Positions 19,352 to 28,637 are shown, counted from the stretch's first letter. The stretch: DNA of 58,766 bases from Patescibacteria group bacterium (GCA_021734135.1 JAIPJO010000001.1:1-58766), one strand, 5' to 3'. The notes: generated from the letters alone by a model not told the origin. Program-made: numbers and translations.

Positions 19352-20770
19352 TTATTTACGTTTTAACCAAGTTTTGATTGGTGTACCAATAAAGCCGTGA
19401 AATTTTCTTAATTGATTTTCTATAAAACGAAGGTAAGTAGGGTTTAGCGTGTCATTTGATCCAATAGTAATTTCAAATACAGGTGGACCTACTTCTCTTT
19501 GTCTAATAGTTTTAATATGAGGTCGTTTATAACCTTTACCTTTAGTTGGTTTATGTATTTTTACTATATTTAAAAGAAAGTCATGAAGTTCTTGAGTTTC
19601 TAGTTTTTGATTTCTTTCAGAATAGACTTGCATTATTAATTCTAAAAGAGAATATATTTTTTTAGAGATAATATCTTTATTTTTTTCTTCACCTTCAGCT
19701 TTGTTAGTTTTAACTATATCATTTATTTTAGATTGGCAAGAAATGAAGAGAATTGGAACCCAGGTAATAAAAGGGAGGTGTTTATATATTTCTGCTGTTT
19801 GTTCTTTGGTATCTTTATTATCAAATAAGTCCCATTTATTGGCAATAATAATTAAACTTTTTTGGTGTTCTATAATTTCATCTACTAATTTAGAATCTTG
19901 CATGGTAAGTCCTTCATTAACATCAATAACTAGAAGTACTATATCTGAGCGTCGCATAGCAGTTAAGGATTTACTAACACTACTTTTTCCCAAAACATTT
20001 AATTTTCTAAATTTCTTATTTATACCCGCAGTATCAACTAAAGTAATTTTATTATCTTTGTATTTAATAGGAGTGTCTTGAGGTTCCCTGGTAGTGTGAG
20101 CTGTTTCGCTTACAACTACTCTTTCATAGCCTAAAATTTTATTTAATAGTGATGATTTGCCAACATTTGGTTTTCCTAAAATACAAACCTTAACACCTTT
20201 ATCTTCTAGCTCAGGTATTTCGTTTTCATCAGGTGCTTTAATCATGTCAGTAACTTTATCTAAAAGATCTCCAGAGCCAGATCCAGTAGCTGCTGATACT
20301 GGCATTGGTTCATCAAGTCCAAGTTTATAGAATTGAGCACTTTCAGGTAAGTGTTTAAAATTATCTACCTTATTAACCACTAGTATAGTTTTTTTTCTAA
20401 GTTTTTTATGATTATTAATATATTTAGCTAATTGTGTGTCTTGAGACACCACTCCAGTGCGATTATCAACGGTAAAGAGTATTAAGTCTGCTTTTTTAAG
20501 ATAAAATTCAGCTTGTTTTTTTAAACCTTCTTCTATACTTCCTTTATCTTTTTTAGATCCAGGGCTATAGTCCCAACCTGCTAAATCAATTAGTTGAAAT
20601 ATTTTTCCTTGCCATTTAGATATAGTAATATTAGAATCTCTGGTGGTACCAGGAATCTCTGAAATTAAAGCTTTATTTTTTTCAGCTAAGCGATTAAATA
20701 AAGTTGACTTTCCAACATTTGTGCGACCAAAAATTACCACTAAAGGCAACTTTGTTTTTGTATTTTTCAT
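19352..20770 (-). CDS. der: Ribosome-associated GTPase Der/EngA
   Basis: 472 aa. Two tandem GTPase domains with P-loops GRTNVGKST and GKPNVGKSS, NKVD/NKWD motifs and a KH-like C-terminus. Confidence 0.9.
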   Translation of the reverse strand: MKNTKTKLPLVVIFGRTNVGKSTLFNRLAEKNKALISEIPGTTRDSNITISKWQGKIFQLIDLAGWDYSPGSKKDKGSIEEGLKKQAEFYLKKADLILFTVDNRTGVVSQDTQLAKYINNHKKLRKKTILVVNKVDNFKHLPESAQFYKLGLDEPMPVSAATGSGSGDLLDKVTDMIKAPDENEIPELEDKGVKVCILGKPNVGKSSLLNKILGYERVVVSETAHTTREPQDTPIKYKDNKITLVDTAGINKKFRKLNVLGKSSVSKSLTAMRRSDIVLLVIDVNEGLTMQDSKLVDEIIEHQKSLIIIANKWDLFDNKDTKEQTAEIYKHLPFITWVPILFISCQSKINDIVKTNKAEGEEKNKDIISKKIYSLLELIMQVYSERNQKLETQELHDFLLNIVKIHKPTKGKGYKRPHIKTIRQREVGPPVFEITIGSNDTLNPTYLRFIENQLRKFHGFIGTPIKTWLKRK

Positions 20771-20777
20771 ATATAAA

Positions 20778-22274
20778 TTAATTAGCTCCTAAAATAATAA
20801 TTAAATCAGGTTTAATGATATCTTCTTCTTGTGCTCTATTGCTAATATAATCTTTAAGCCATTTAGGTAATATAGTACTAGAGCTAGCTGAGAATTCTTC
20901 TTCTAATATTGTAAGGGAATTTTTTTTATTACCAAAACTTAAATCATATATCTTAGTACCATTGTTATTGGCTTGAGGGGAATTGTCAATGTTTGTGACT
21001 ATTAAATTCATATTTTCAAGATTTTCAGCAGTCTCAGAGGCTAGTCCATTAACATTAGTACCATTTAATACTTCCACTTTTGTATCTTCATCTATTTTTA
21101 TTTCTTTTTCTGATTCAGGTTTTTCAGGTTCAATGAAAGTTTTTTGACTATATTCACTGTGAGTGTTTTCAGTATCACCAAATACATCTTGTATTAAATC
21201 AGCTATTTTTTTATAATTACCTGTTTTTGGTACTAAAATATAAGCTCCGTTAGTACTTCTAGTAGCATGAAGATAGTTGTCAGGGGCATCATTTAATATA
21301 TAATTATTAATGTTTTCTGAGTTTGTATCTTTAAATAAATCCCACATTTTTACTATCTCTGAAATACTAAAGTTAGTTTCTAGGTTGTTATCTAAATGAT
21401 TTATTATTCTAGAAATTAATCCAGGTTTAAGATAAATATGACTAGAAAATACTTTATCTTTTATAGCTTCAATAATTTTTTGTTGTCTTTTAGCTCTAGC
21501 AAAATCAGAACCCTCTATACCTTGAGCGTGCCTTGAGCGTGCATATTTTAGAGCTAGAGTTCCATCCATTGTCTGTGGTCCCTCTTCTATGTGTAAATGC
21601 TCATAGCGACTGTAATAATTGGAATTGTCTTCTTGTCCTGAGATAGGGTATTTATAATCATCAAGGGTGTTTTCTACATCAACTTCTAAACCTCCTAGTT
21701 CATCAACAATTTTTACAAATCCTTCAAAATCTATTTTTATATTATAATGTATGTCAATATTGAATAATTTTTCTAAAGTATTGTTTAATTCATATAGACC
21801 TGTACCTTCTTGATTAGATTCGCCGTAGGCATTAATATTATTTATTTTTGTCCAACCATGATCAGGCCAAGGTACAGACATGTCTCTAGGAATAGAAACC
21901 ATGGCTACTTCTTGAGTTGAAGGTTTCATACTTACTAAAATAATAGTATCAGTTAACTGAGCTCCATCATGTCCAGCTCCACCAATTCCAGTTAAAAGCA
22001 CATTAATACGATCTTCATTTTCGCCAGCTAAACTTTTTTCACTAGTAGTTGCTAAATGTTTTATTTTTCCCCAAAAAGACATGTTGGATAACCAAGATTG
22101 AGAGCTTTGACTAGAAATAAGTGCTGTGCTGGAGAAAATAAAAAAACCTATCACTACAAATATTAATAGATATGAAAAAAGTCTTAAACTGCGTTTAAAT
22201 CTATTATTTTTAGGTTTTTCTTCTTCTTGCCAAGATTTTTCTTGGGTTTCCATTTTTTCTTGAAAGTCTATCAT
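20778..22274 (-). CDS. LytR-CpsA-Psr (LCP) family cell-envelope transferase with C-terminal LytR_C-like domain
   Basis: 498 aa. N-terminal TM anchor and LCP core (INVLLTGIGGAGHDGAQLTDTIILVS...SIPRD). Confidence 0.8.
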   Translation of the reverse strand: MIDFQEKMETQEKSWQEEEKPKNNRFKRSLRLFSYLLIFVVIGFFIFSSTALISSQSSQSWLSNMSFWGKIKHLATTSEKSLAGENEDRINVLLTGIGGAGHDGAQLTDTIILVSMKPSTQEVAMVSIPRDMSVPWPDHGWTKINNINAYGESNQEGTGLYELNNTLEKLFNIDIHYNIKIDFEGFVKIVDELGGLEVDVENTLDDYKYPISGQEDNSNYYSRYEHLHIEEGPQTMDGTLALKYARSRHAQGIEGSDFARAKRQQKIIEAIKDKVFSSHIYLKPGLISRIINHLDNNLETNFSISEIVKMWDLFKDTNSENINNYILNDAPDNYLHATRSTNGAYILVPKTGNYKKIADLIQDVFGDTENTHSEYSQKTFIEPEKPESEKEIKIDEDTKVEVLNGTNVNGLASETAENLENMNLIVTNIDNSPQANNNGTKIYDLSFGNKKNSLTILEEEFSASSSTILPKWLKDYISNRAQEEDIIKPDLIIILGAN

Positions 22275-22306
22275 AAAAAAATTAAAGTCTATACTTAGGT
22301 TTGTTT

Positions 22307-22335
22307 ATTATATAAGTAATATACTTTTTTGACAA
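22307..22335 (-). promoter_or_regulatory. Promoter of the LCP-der-pth unit
   Basis: Minus strand reads TTGTCA-N17-TATAAT. Confidence 0.5.
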
Positions 22336-22339
22336 CTTT

Positions 22340-22348
22340 TGCTAAAAT
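22340..22348 (+). promoter_or_regulatory. Extended -10 promoter (TGcTAAAAT) for the candidate small RNA
   Basis: The string tttgctaaaatag occurs here and again at 22591-22603, in front of the next ORF. Confidence 0.4.
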
Positions 22349-22354
22349 AGAAGT

Positions 22355-22570
22355 AACTCCATTAAAATATTTAAGTTTTAGACAAATTATTTTAGTTTAA
22401 CTTGGAAATTTAGAAGGTCTTGGCCTTTTAAAAACAAGTGAATGGATTAAAACAATTATTTTAAGATTCAAGAAGGTTACCTACTTTTTTAAACCTTAAA
22501 TTAATTTATCTTTACTGGCTTCCATTTGTTTTTAGCTAAAATCTTAAATAAACTTTAATGGAGTTTTTTA
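22355..22570 (+). ncRNA. Candidate ~215-nt rod-like small RNA (6S-like architecture, class unknown)
   Basis: The 5' arm at 22356-22387 pairs with the 3' arm at 22524-22564 in blocks of 11, 8, 6 and 6 bp separated by small bulges. A T6 run follows immediately. An extended -10 element lies about 7 nt upstream. No ORF. Confidence 0.4.
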
Positions 22571-22639
22571 TTTGTCTTTATACCTAGTTTTTTGCTAAAA
22601 TAGTATATATAATAATAATCAATTATTAATTTAAAAAAT

Positions 22640-22939
22640 ATGGATAGTGAAGATGATAAAAACATTGAAGTTATTGAAGAAGATGACTTAAATGCAGAAA
22701 AGGAACTTAGATGTACTAAAAAGGGAATTGAAAAAGAATCTTGGTCTGATGTTGATGGTTGTTTAAATAAGTTTTTGATAAAATTTCAAGATCAAGACAA
22801 TAGTGAAGAAGATGTAAAAACTTTTAGAAAAATATTTTTAGAAGTTAAAGAGCTTTTAGCTACTAAAAAAATACCAAAAAAAGATAAATATAGAATTGAT
22901 AGTACTATAGAACATATCAATAGACTTTTAGAGTTTTAA
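22640..22939 (+). CDS. Hypothetical small acidic protein
   Basis: 99-aa ORF with its own TTGTCT-N18-TAAAAT promoter (22572-22601), 23 nt upstream of trpS. Confidence 0.45.
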   Translation: MDSEDDKNIEVIEEDDLNAEKELRCTKKGIEKESWSDVDGCLNKFLIKFQDQDNSEEDVKTFRKIFLEVKELLATKKIPKKDKYRIDSTIEHINRLLEF

Positions 22940-22962
22940 TATTGTTTAAGTTATAAAAAAAT

Positions 22963-23949
22963 ATGGATAATAAAAAGATAATTTTCTCAGGAGTTCAACC
23001 TAGTGGAAATATTCATTTAGGTAATTATTTAGGAGCTATAAAAAATTGGATTAAACTTCAGGACGAATATCAATGTCTTTTTTGTGTTGTTGATTATCAT
23101 GCAATTACTGTCAAACAAGATCCAAAAGAATTAAAAAAGAAAATTATTGAAATAGCAAAAATATATTTAGCTAGTGGTATTGATCCTAAAAAAAGCGTTA
23201 TCTTTCAGCAATCACAAATTAGTGAACACACTGAATTAACTTGGATGTTAAATTGTGTTAGCGCTAGAATGAGTGATTTAAATAAAATGACTCAATATAA
23301 AGATAAAGCAGGGGATAATGAGAATGTAAGTGTTGGTCTTTTTGACTATCCTGTTCTCATGGCTTCTGATATTCTACTCTATCAAACAGATTTAGTGCCA
23401 GTAGGTGAAGATCAAAAACAACATATTGAGCTAACGAGAGTCTTAGCTAAAAGATTTAATAATGAATACGGAAAAGTTTTTAAAATTCCTGAGGTAGTAA
23501 TTAAAAAAGAAGGGGCTAGAATAATGGGACTTGATGATGCTAGTAAGAAAATGAGTAAATCTGCTAGTTCAGAGTTTAATTACATTGCTTTATTAGATGA
23601 CTCTGACAGAGCTAAAAAGAAAATAATGAAAGCAGTTACAGACTCTGAAGGAGTTGTTAAGTATGATGTGAAGAATAAACCTGAAGTTTCTAACCTTTTA
23701 ACAGTCTATTCACTTCTTAGTGGTTATTCAGTGAAAGACTTAGAGGATAAATACAAGGGCAGTGGTTATGGTGATTTTAAAAAAGATTTAGCAGAATTAG
23801 TGGCACAGTTTTTAATTAGTTTTCAAGAGAAATACAACAATATCAAAGATGAAGATGTAGAGAAGATATTAGAAAAAGGAGCTAAGGAATTAAAGTCTGT
23901 TGCTAATACAACTTTGAATAATGCAAAAGAGAAGATTGGTTTAAATTAA
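22963..23949 (+). CDS. trpS: Tryptophanyl-tRNA synthetase
   Basis: 328 aa. SGVQPSGNIHLGNYLG (HIGH-type), KMSKS (SKKMSKS). Confidence 0.95.
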   Translation: MDNKKIIFSGVQPSGNIHLGNYLGAIKNWIKLQDEYQCLFCVVDYHAITVKQDPKELKKKIIEIAKIYLASGIDPKKSVIFQQSQISEHTELTWMLNCVSARMSDLNKMTQYKDKAGDNENVSVGLFDYPVLMASDILLYQTDLVPVGEDQKQHIELTRVLAKRFNNEYGKVFKIPEVVIKKEGARIMGLDDASKKMSKSASSEFNYIALLDDSDRAKKKIMKAVTDSEGVVKYDVKNKPEVSNLLTVYSLLSGYSVKDLEDKYKGSGYGDFKKDLAELVAQFLISFQEKYNNIKDEDVEKILEKGAKELKSVANTTLNNAKEKIGLN

Positions 23950-24009
23950 ATTTAGATTATAATTTAATTAAAATAAAGCATTAATTAAAAATAGAAATAT
24001 AGATAAAAC

Positions 24010-24036
24010 AAAAACAACCCTTAAAGGGTTGTTTTT
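24010..24036. terminator. Bidirectional terminator between trpS and the 16S rRNA gene
   Basis: aaaaacaaccctttaagggttgttttt: a perfect hairpin flanked by an A-run and a T-run. Confidence 0.65.
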
Positions 24037-24042
24037 GATTAT

Positions 24043-24089
24043 TTTAAATTTGGTAAAGTTTGATTTCTTGATCCAAGTAGGCATCAATC
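24043..24089 (-). other. 3' half of the 16S precursor processing stem
   Basis: ttgatccaagtaggcatcaatc (24068-24089) and ttttaaatttggt are complementary to 26592-26634 on the other side of the 16S gene. Confidence 0.6.
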
Positions 24090-24701
24090 ACTTACCTCTT
24101 GCGAGATAAGCCGACCTTAATTAATAATCATTGACTATTAATTAAATCTCCCTAGAAAGGAGGTGATCCATCCACAGCTTCCGCTACAGATGCCTTGTTA
24201 CGACTTCGTCCTTGTCACCAGTCTTACCTTCGGCCCTTAAAAAAGGGACTTCGGGTACTACCAGCTCCCCTGACGTGACGGGCGGTGAGTACAAGACCCG
24301 AGAACGTATTCACCGTAGTATAGCTGACCTACGATTACTAGCGATTCCAACTTCATGAGGTCGAATTTCAGACCTCAATCCGAACTGAGAGAAAGTTTAA
24401 GGGATTAGCTCCACCTTACGGTTTGGCAGCCCTTTGTCTTTCCCATTGTAGCACGTGTGTAGCCCAAGGTGTAAGAACCATGCTGATTTGACGTCATCCC
24501 ACCTTCCTCCCACTTAAAGCGGGCAGTCTCCCATGACACATAAAACATGGAAAAAGGGTTGCGCTCGTTTTCCGACTAAACGGTACATTTCACAACACGA
24601 GCTGACGGCAACCATGCAGCATCTGTTAGGCACCCTCGAAGGCTTCCCTGTTTCCAGGGCGTGCAGCCTAATGTCAAACCTTGGTGAGGTTCTTCGGTTA
24701 T

Positions 24702-24746
<45 letters not shown>

Positions 24747-25159
24747 TATTCCTTTGAGTTTTAAGCTTGCGCTCGTACTCCCCAGGCGGGATGCTTAACG
24801 GGTTACCTTAAATTAACAGCACTGAAAGGGTCGATACTTCCAATGCTTAGCATCCAGCGTTTACGGCGTGGACTACGAGGGTATCTAATCCTCTTCGCTC
24901 CCCACGCTTTCGTCCTTGAACGTCAGGCGCGTTCTAGCAAGCTGCCTTCGCATTTGGCGTTCCTGCTGATATTAACGGATTTAACCCCTACACCAGCAAT
25001 TCCGCTTGCCTCTACCGGCCTCTAGTCTATTCATCTCTCCCGCAGCCTCCAGGTTGAGCCTGAAGATTTAACAGGAGATGCAACAGACCGCCTACGGACC
25101 CTTTACGCCCAATAAATCCGGATAACGCTTGGGGCCCTCGTATTACCGCTGCTGCTGGC

Positions 25160-26055
25160 CAATTAACTAAATAATTGTTGTTGGACTATATCTTCATCCT
25201 TTTAAAGGATGCTCGGCGTGTTATAGCAGTGTTAATTTTCTTTTAATAAAGAAGTAATGCTATCTCTCCACTTAAGGATCAGTCTCTGAAGGGTTAATTA
25301 TAACGGAGGAATTTTATGATTGAAACATTCAAGTATATAAGGTTGGATTGTAGATAAAAATTTATTTATACCTTCTTTACCTATATATAATCTTGGATAT
25401 CTCTTTCCTCTGCATAATGGATTTTGCACTGTTGAAAAAATTTGAAAATTTTTCTTAAGAGCAATACTTAATAAGCTTGCTTCTCTTAACGAAAAGCAAT
25501 TTACACTTAAACTAAAAGCAAAATGATCTTTTGGTCTCCAATCTAATGTTCCGTCATCCATATACCAAATGGCTAAGGATAAAGGATCATTTAATAACTC
25601 TGAAATAATTGAGGGAATTATTTTTTTATCTTTGGGATAAAAAATATTTCTTAGCTCCGTTAATTCAGTAGTATATCTTGTTCCAAAAAACCATTGACTA
25701 CCGTCTTTACGTTTATTGGGAGGGCTTTTACATAAATTATTTAATTCATTGTAAAGCCAAAATACATATGTTTTGTATTTTTGACATTGCTTTATTTGAA
25801 TTCTAGTGCCTTTATAGCCGTTGAATTCTAAATGCGCATCGCCAAGAATACCACCAATAATAATAGCTTTTTGCTTTTTGGTAAGTTTAAATTCCATTAT
25901 ACTATTATAACAACTTCCCTGCTGATTGTCTAACTACTAAGCAACAGATTATTGCAGTTAGAGTTTCCAGCATATAAGCCAAGTATTCATCTTAATGTTA
26001 CCACTAAGAGTCGCGCTTCGTTGTAATACAAGATTGTTGCTAACTTTTTATGTTC
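25160..26055 (-). mobile_element. Group I intron in the 16S rRNA at E. coli position 516/517, carrying a homing endonuclease gene
   Basis: The exons rejoin to ...CUAACCUCGU|GCCAGCAGCAGCGGUAAUAC. The 5' exon ends in U and the intron ends in G. Core R-like element CUUCAGAGACUGA (25281-25293) and S element AAGAUAUAGUCC (25183-25194). Candidate guide sequence GCGA pairs with exon UCGU. Confidence 0.85.
25298..25897 (-). CDS. LAGLIDADG homing endonuclease (double-motif), intron-encoded
   Basis: 199 aa. Motif 1 IIIGGILGDAHL and motif 2 LAIWYMDDGTL. The ORF lies wholly inside the 16S insertion, and its stop is 4 nt upstream of the R element. Confidence 0.85.
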   Translation of the reverse strand: MEFKLTKKQKAIIIGGILGDAHLEFNGYKGTRIQIKQCQKYKTYVFWLYNELNNLCKSPPNKRKDGSQWFFGTRYTTELTELRNIFYPKDKKIIPSIISELLNDPLSLAIWYMDDGTLDWRPKDHFAFSLSVNCFSLREASLLSIALKKNFQIFSTVQNPLCRGKRYPRLYIGKEGINKFLSTIQPYILECFNHKIPPL

Positions 26056-26488
26056 ACGAGGTTAGCAGCCCCTTATTCATTAGGTACAGTCATTAGTTCT
26101 TCCCTAATAAAAGCAGTTTACACTCCGAAAAGCGTCTTCCTGCACGCGACGTCGCTCCTTCAGCCTTGCGGCCATTGAGGAATATTCGTGACTGCAGCCT
26201 CCCGTAGGAGTCTGGGCAGTGTCTCAGTCCCAGTGAGGCGGGTCATGCTCTCACACCCGCTATCCGTCATTGCCTTGGTAAGCTATTACCTTACCAACAA
26301 GCTGATAGACCATAGACCCCTCTTGAAGCACCGGAGTTTTAAATAAAGAACTTAAGTTCTTTATTACTATCGGGTATTACTCTCGCTTTCGCAAGGTTAT
26401 CCCCGTCTTCAAGGTAGGTTATCAATGTGTTACTCTCCCGTTTGCCAAGCTAGTAAACTAGCTTTCGACTTGCATGCCTTAGCCACGT

Positions 26489-26523
<35 letters not shown>

Positions 26524-26591
26524 AATAAAATATATAGAGAATTTGAAAGCCTAAGCTTTCAAATAAACAATTCTTGTTTTTGTGTTATCCA

Positions 26592-26634
26592 GATTGATGC
26601 CTACTGGCATCAAAAAATCTCACCAAATTTAAAA
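26592..26634 (-). other. 5' half of the 16S precursor processing stem
   Basis: gattgatgcctactggcatcaa and accaaatttaaaa are complementary to 24043-24089. Confidence 0.6.
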
Positions 26635-26724
26635 ATAATGTAAAGAACTTTCAACAGAGATAAAAACAGTAATAATCAATATCACTGTTTTACAAATTTA
26701 TTTCTGTTTTATCGTATATCGCCT

Positions 26725-26753
26725 ATATTATACTATAAGAATAAAGCTGTCAA
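26725..26753 (-). promoter_or_regulatory. 16S rRNA promoter
   Basis: Minus strand reads TTGACA (26748-26753), 17-nt spacer, TAATAT (26725-26730). Confidence 0.55.
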
Positions 26754-26790
26754 GCCCTTTATAATTTTTAAATAAAAATTAGTTTAAGCC

Positions 26791-26819
26791 TTGAAATAGA
26801 AGGATAATTTTGATATACT
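26791..26819 (+). promoter_or_regulatory. Promoter of the 26848 ORF (divergent from the rRNA promoter)
   Basis: TTGAAA-N17-TATACT. Confidence 0.5.
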
Positions 26820-26847
26820 GTTAATAATAAAAATAAGGTTTAATTAT

Positions 26848-27279
26848 ATGAAAAATAATAATTTTAATAAAAATAATATAATTGAAAATCACGATGATAT
26901 TGATTATGAGAAAGAAGAACAGTCACAAGCTTTGGAAATGAGAATTAATACAAGTGAAAAATTAAGCAAAGATCATTATGAGTTTTTAAAAAATTCAGGC
27001 CTTGAAGGAATATCAATTACAGATAAAAGTTTGGAGGTTGTTGATTCAGATTTTGAAGAAGATTTAATTATTAATATTTTAAAGAATCCAGAGTTGGTCG
27101 ATTCTTTTGATGATATAAAAGATTTAGATGTTAATGTAATTAAAGCTATGGTAGCTGAAGGTAGTACTGAAATTTCTTCTTTAGACTTTGATGAAGATTC
27201 TGCTGAGATAGCTAATTCTAAATTAGGAAATTTGAATAGTTCACAATTAGATGATAAGGAAATTGAAGAAAAAGAATAA
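26848..27279 (+). CDS. Hypothetical highly acidic protein
   Basis: 143 aa, very D/E-rich, no signal peptide. It has its own promoter and terminator. Confidence 0.5.
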   Translation: MKNNNFNKNNIIENHDDIDYEKEEQSQALEMRINTSEKLSKDHYEFLKNSGLEGISITDKSLEVVDSDFEEDLIINILKNPELVDSFDDIKDLDVNVIKAMVAEGSTEISSLDFDEDSAEIANSKLGNLNSSQLDDKEIEEKE

Positions 27280-27317
27280 AAAGAAGTAATTAAATTATTT
27301 GAGTATTAGTTTTTTAA

Positions 27318-27343
27318 ATAGATATTAAATATATCTATTTTTA
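27318..27343 (+). terminator. Intrinsic terminator
   Basis: 8-bp stem atagatat/atatctat, 5-nt loop, then a T-run. Confidence 0.5.
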
Positions 27344-27371
27344 TTTTAAAGTGTATAAACCCTATTTGCTG

Positions 27372-27400
27372 TTGACAATTATATATATTGATGATAATCT
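27372..27400 (+). promoter_or_regulatory. Promoter of the 27458 ORF
   Basis: TTGACA-N17-TAATCT. Confidence 0.5.
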
Positions 27401-27457
27401 TATATATTAAATTGATATTTTAAAATTGAATATAAACAAACGAAAAAAATAGAAGAC

Positions 27458-28528
27458 ATGAAAACAAAAATCTTATTTTTAGCTATTTTAACTGTATTTT
27501 TTGCAGTTAATGTTCAGGCACAAAGTCAACACACTTTGCGTAATCAGTTCGATAAGAATGTATTGGTTGAAATTCCTAGCAATGGAATTAGAGAATATTT
27601 AGGACCAATTAATTCAAGTTCTAATACTTCTAGTCATTTGTTTTATGGCTCAACTGTAAAAATGAAAATCACAGTTGACTATAAAGAACCCGTAGAGGTG
27701 CTCGTTAATTTGGGTGGAGAGTATATTGATATTAATCAAGATCTTCTTGATCAAGCAGATTCTTCATCTTCTGAAATTGATATTGTTGAAGAAGATGATT
27801 ATCAAAGCTCTTCTGATAATAGTAAGTCAGTTTCCAGTGCTAAAGAAGTTTTATTCATTAACACTACCGATTACAAAATGGTTGGCAAAACCGGTGCTGT
27901 TAAAGGTTTGACCTTAATGCCAGGAGATACTATTGATAATGCTATCATTAGATTGAATAAAGTATTGAGGTACAATCTTTTTGAAGGTAATTATATTGAT
28001 AATAATAACACTGTGTTAGAAAAAGATAATGCAGATAAATTATTAGCTTTATATAATTCCAGCGCTAAAATTAAATGGCTCAATCCTGGTGTCTATGAAG
28101 AAAACTTTAAAGTATTTCTTAGTAAGTCCGGCGAAAGAGACAATATTGGAGCTTTGTTAATTCTTCAATTTAAAGTTGATGATAAAACTGGACATGTTAT
28201 TATCGATGAAGAAGAGGTAAGTAGGAATTTACCTCACGGAGAGAAAATACCAAGAGATATCATTAACAAAAGTTACAAAAAGATTCAACTAACTATTGGT
28301 GGTACACAGAAAGTTATTTCTTCTGCAGAAGGGAGAAGATTTTCTAAACTGGAGATGGCAGAAAAATTAGCTAACGGCTATTACTACATCACAGTGTCTT
28401 TAATTACTAACAAAGCAATACAAAGAGATTTATTGCTTTTAATTGATGAAAATCAAAGACATTTTGTTATTGAGCAAGATGATGTTGATAAAATTATCAA
28501 CTCAGATTATCAAGGACAAGGTCTTTAA
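27458..28528 (+). CDS. Hypothetical secreted protein
   Basis: 356 aa. Signal peptide MKTKILFLAILTVFFAVNVQA|QS. Ser/Asp-rich linker. No recognisable domain. Confidence 0.55.
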   Translation: MKTKILFLAILTVFFAVNVQAQSQHTLRNQFDKNVLVEIPSNGIREYLGPINSSSNTSSHLFYGSTVKMKITVDYKEPVEVLVNLGGEYIDINQDLLDQADSSSSEIDIVEEDDYQSSSDNSKSVSSAKEVLFINTTDYKMVGKTGAVKGLTLMPGDTIDNAIIRLNKVLRYNLFEGNYIDNNNTVLEKDNADKLLALYNSSAKIKWLNPGVYEENFKVFLSKSGERDNIGALLILQFKVDDKTGHVIIDEEEVSRNLPHGEKIPRDIINKSYKKIQLTIGGTQKVISSAEGRRFSKLEMAEKLANGYYYITVSLITNKAIQRDLLLLIDENQRHFVIEQDDVDKIINSDYQGQGL

Positions 28529-28537
28529 AAAAATTAT

Positions 28538-28575
28538 AATGCGCTAATTGCAATAAGCAAGAAGCGCATTTTTTA
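28538..28575 (+). terminator. Intrinsic terminator
   Basis: aatgcgc...gcgcatt hairpin followed by a T-run. Confidence 0.6.
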
Positions 28576-28608
28576 TTTATCAATTTATTTTTTATCTAAT
28601 TAATTAGA

Positions 28609-28637
28609 TTGACCAGCAGTTTTTTCTTTGTTATACT
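28609..28637 (+). promoter_or_regulatory. Promoter of the MBL-ndk unit
   Basis: TTGACC-N17-TATACT. Confidence 0.5.

Noticed and set aside
22355-22570. T-box riboswitch controlling trpS
   Set aside because: The position upstream of trpS is suggestive. However, I find no T-box consensus (GGUGGUACCGCG-like), no obvious specifier loop or antiterminator. In addition, a separate promoter and a 99-aa ORF lie between the element and trpS.
24843-25025. 60-aa ORF, and a 72-aa ORF at 26425-26643
   Set aside because: Both lie inside conserved 16S rRNA exon sequence on the opposite strand and are chance ORFs in the GC-richer rDNA.
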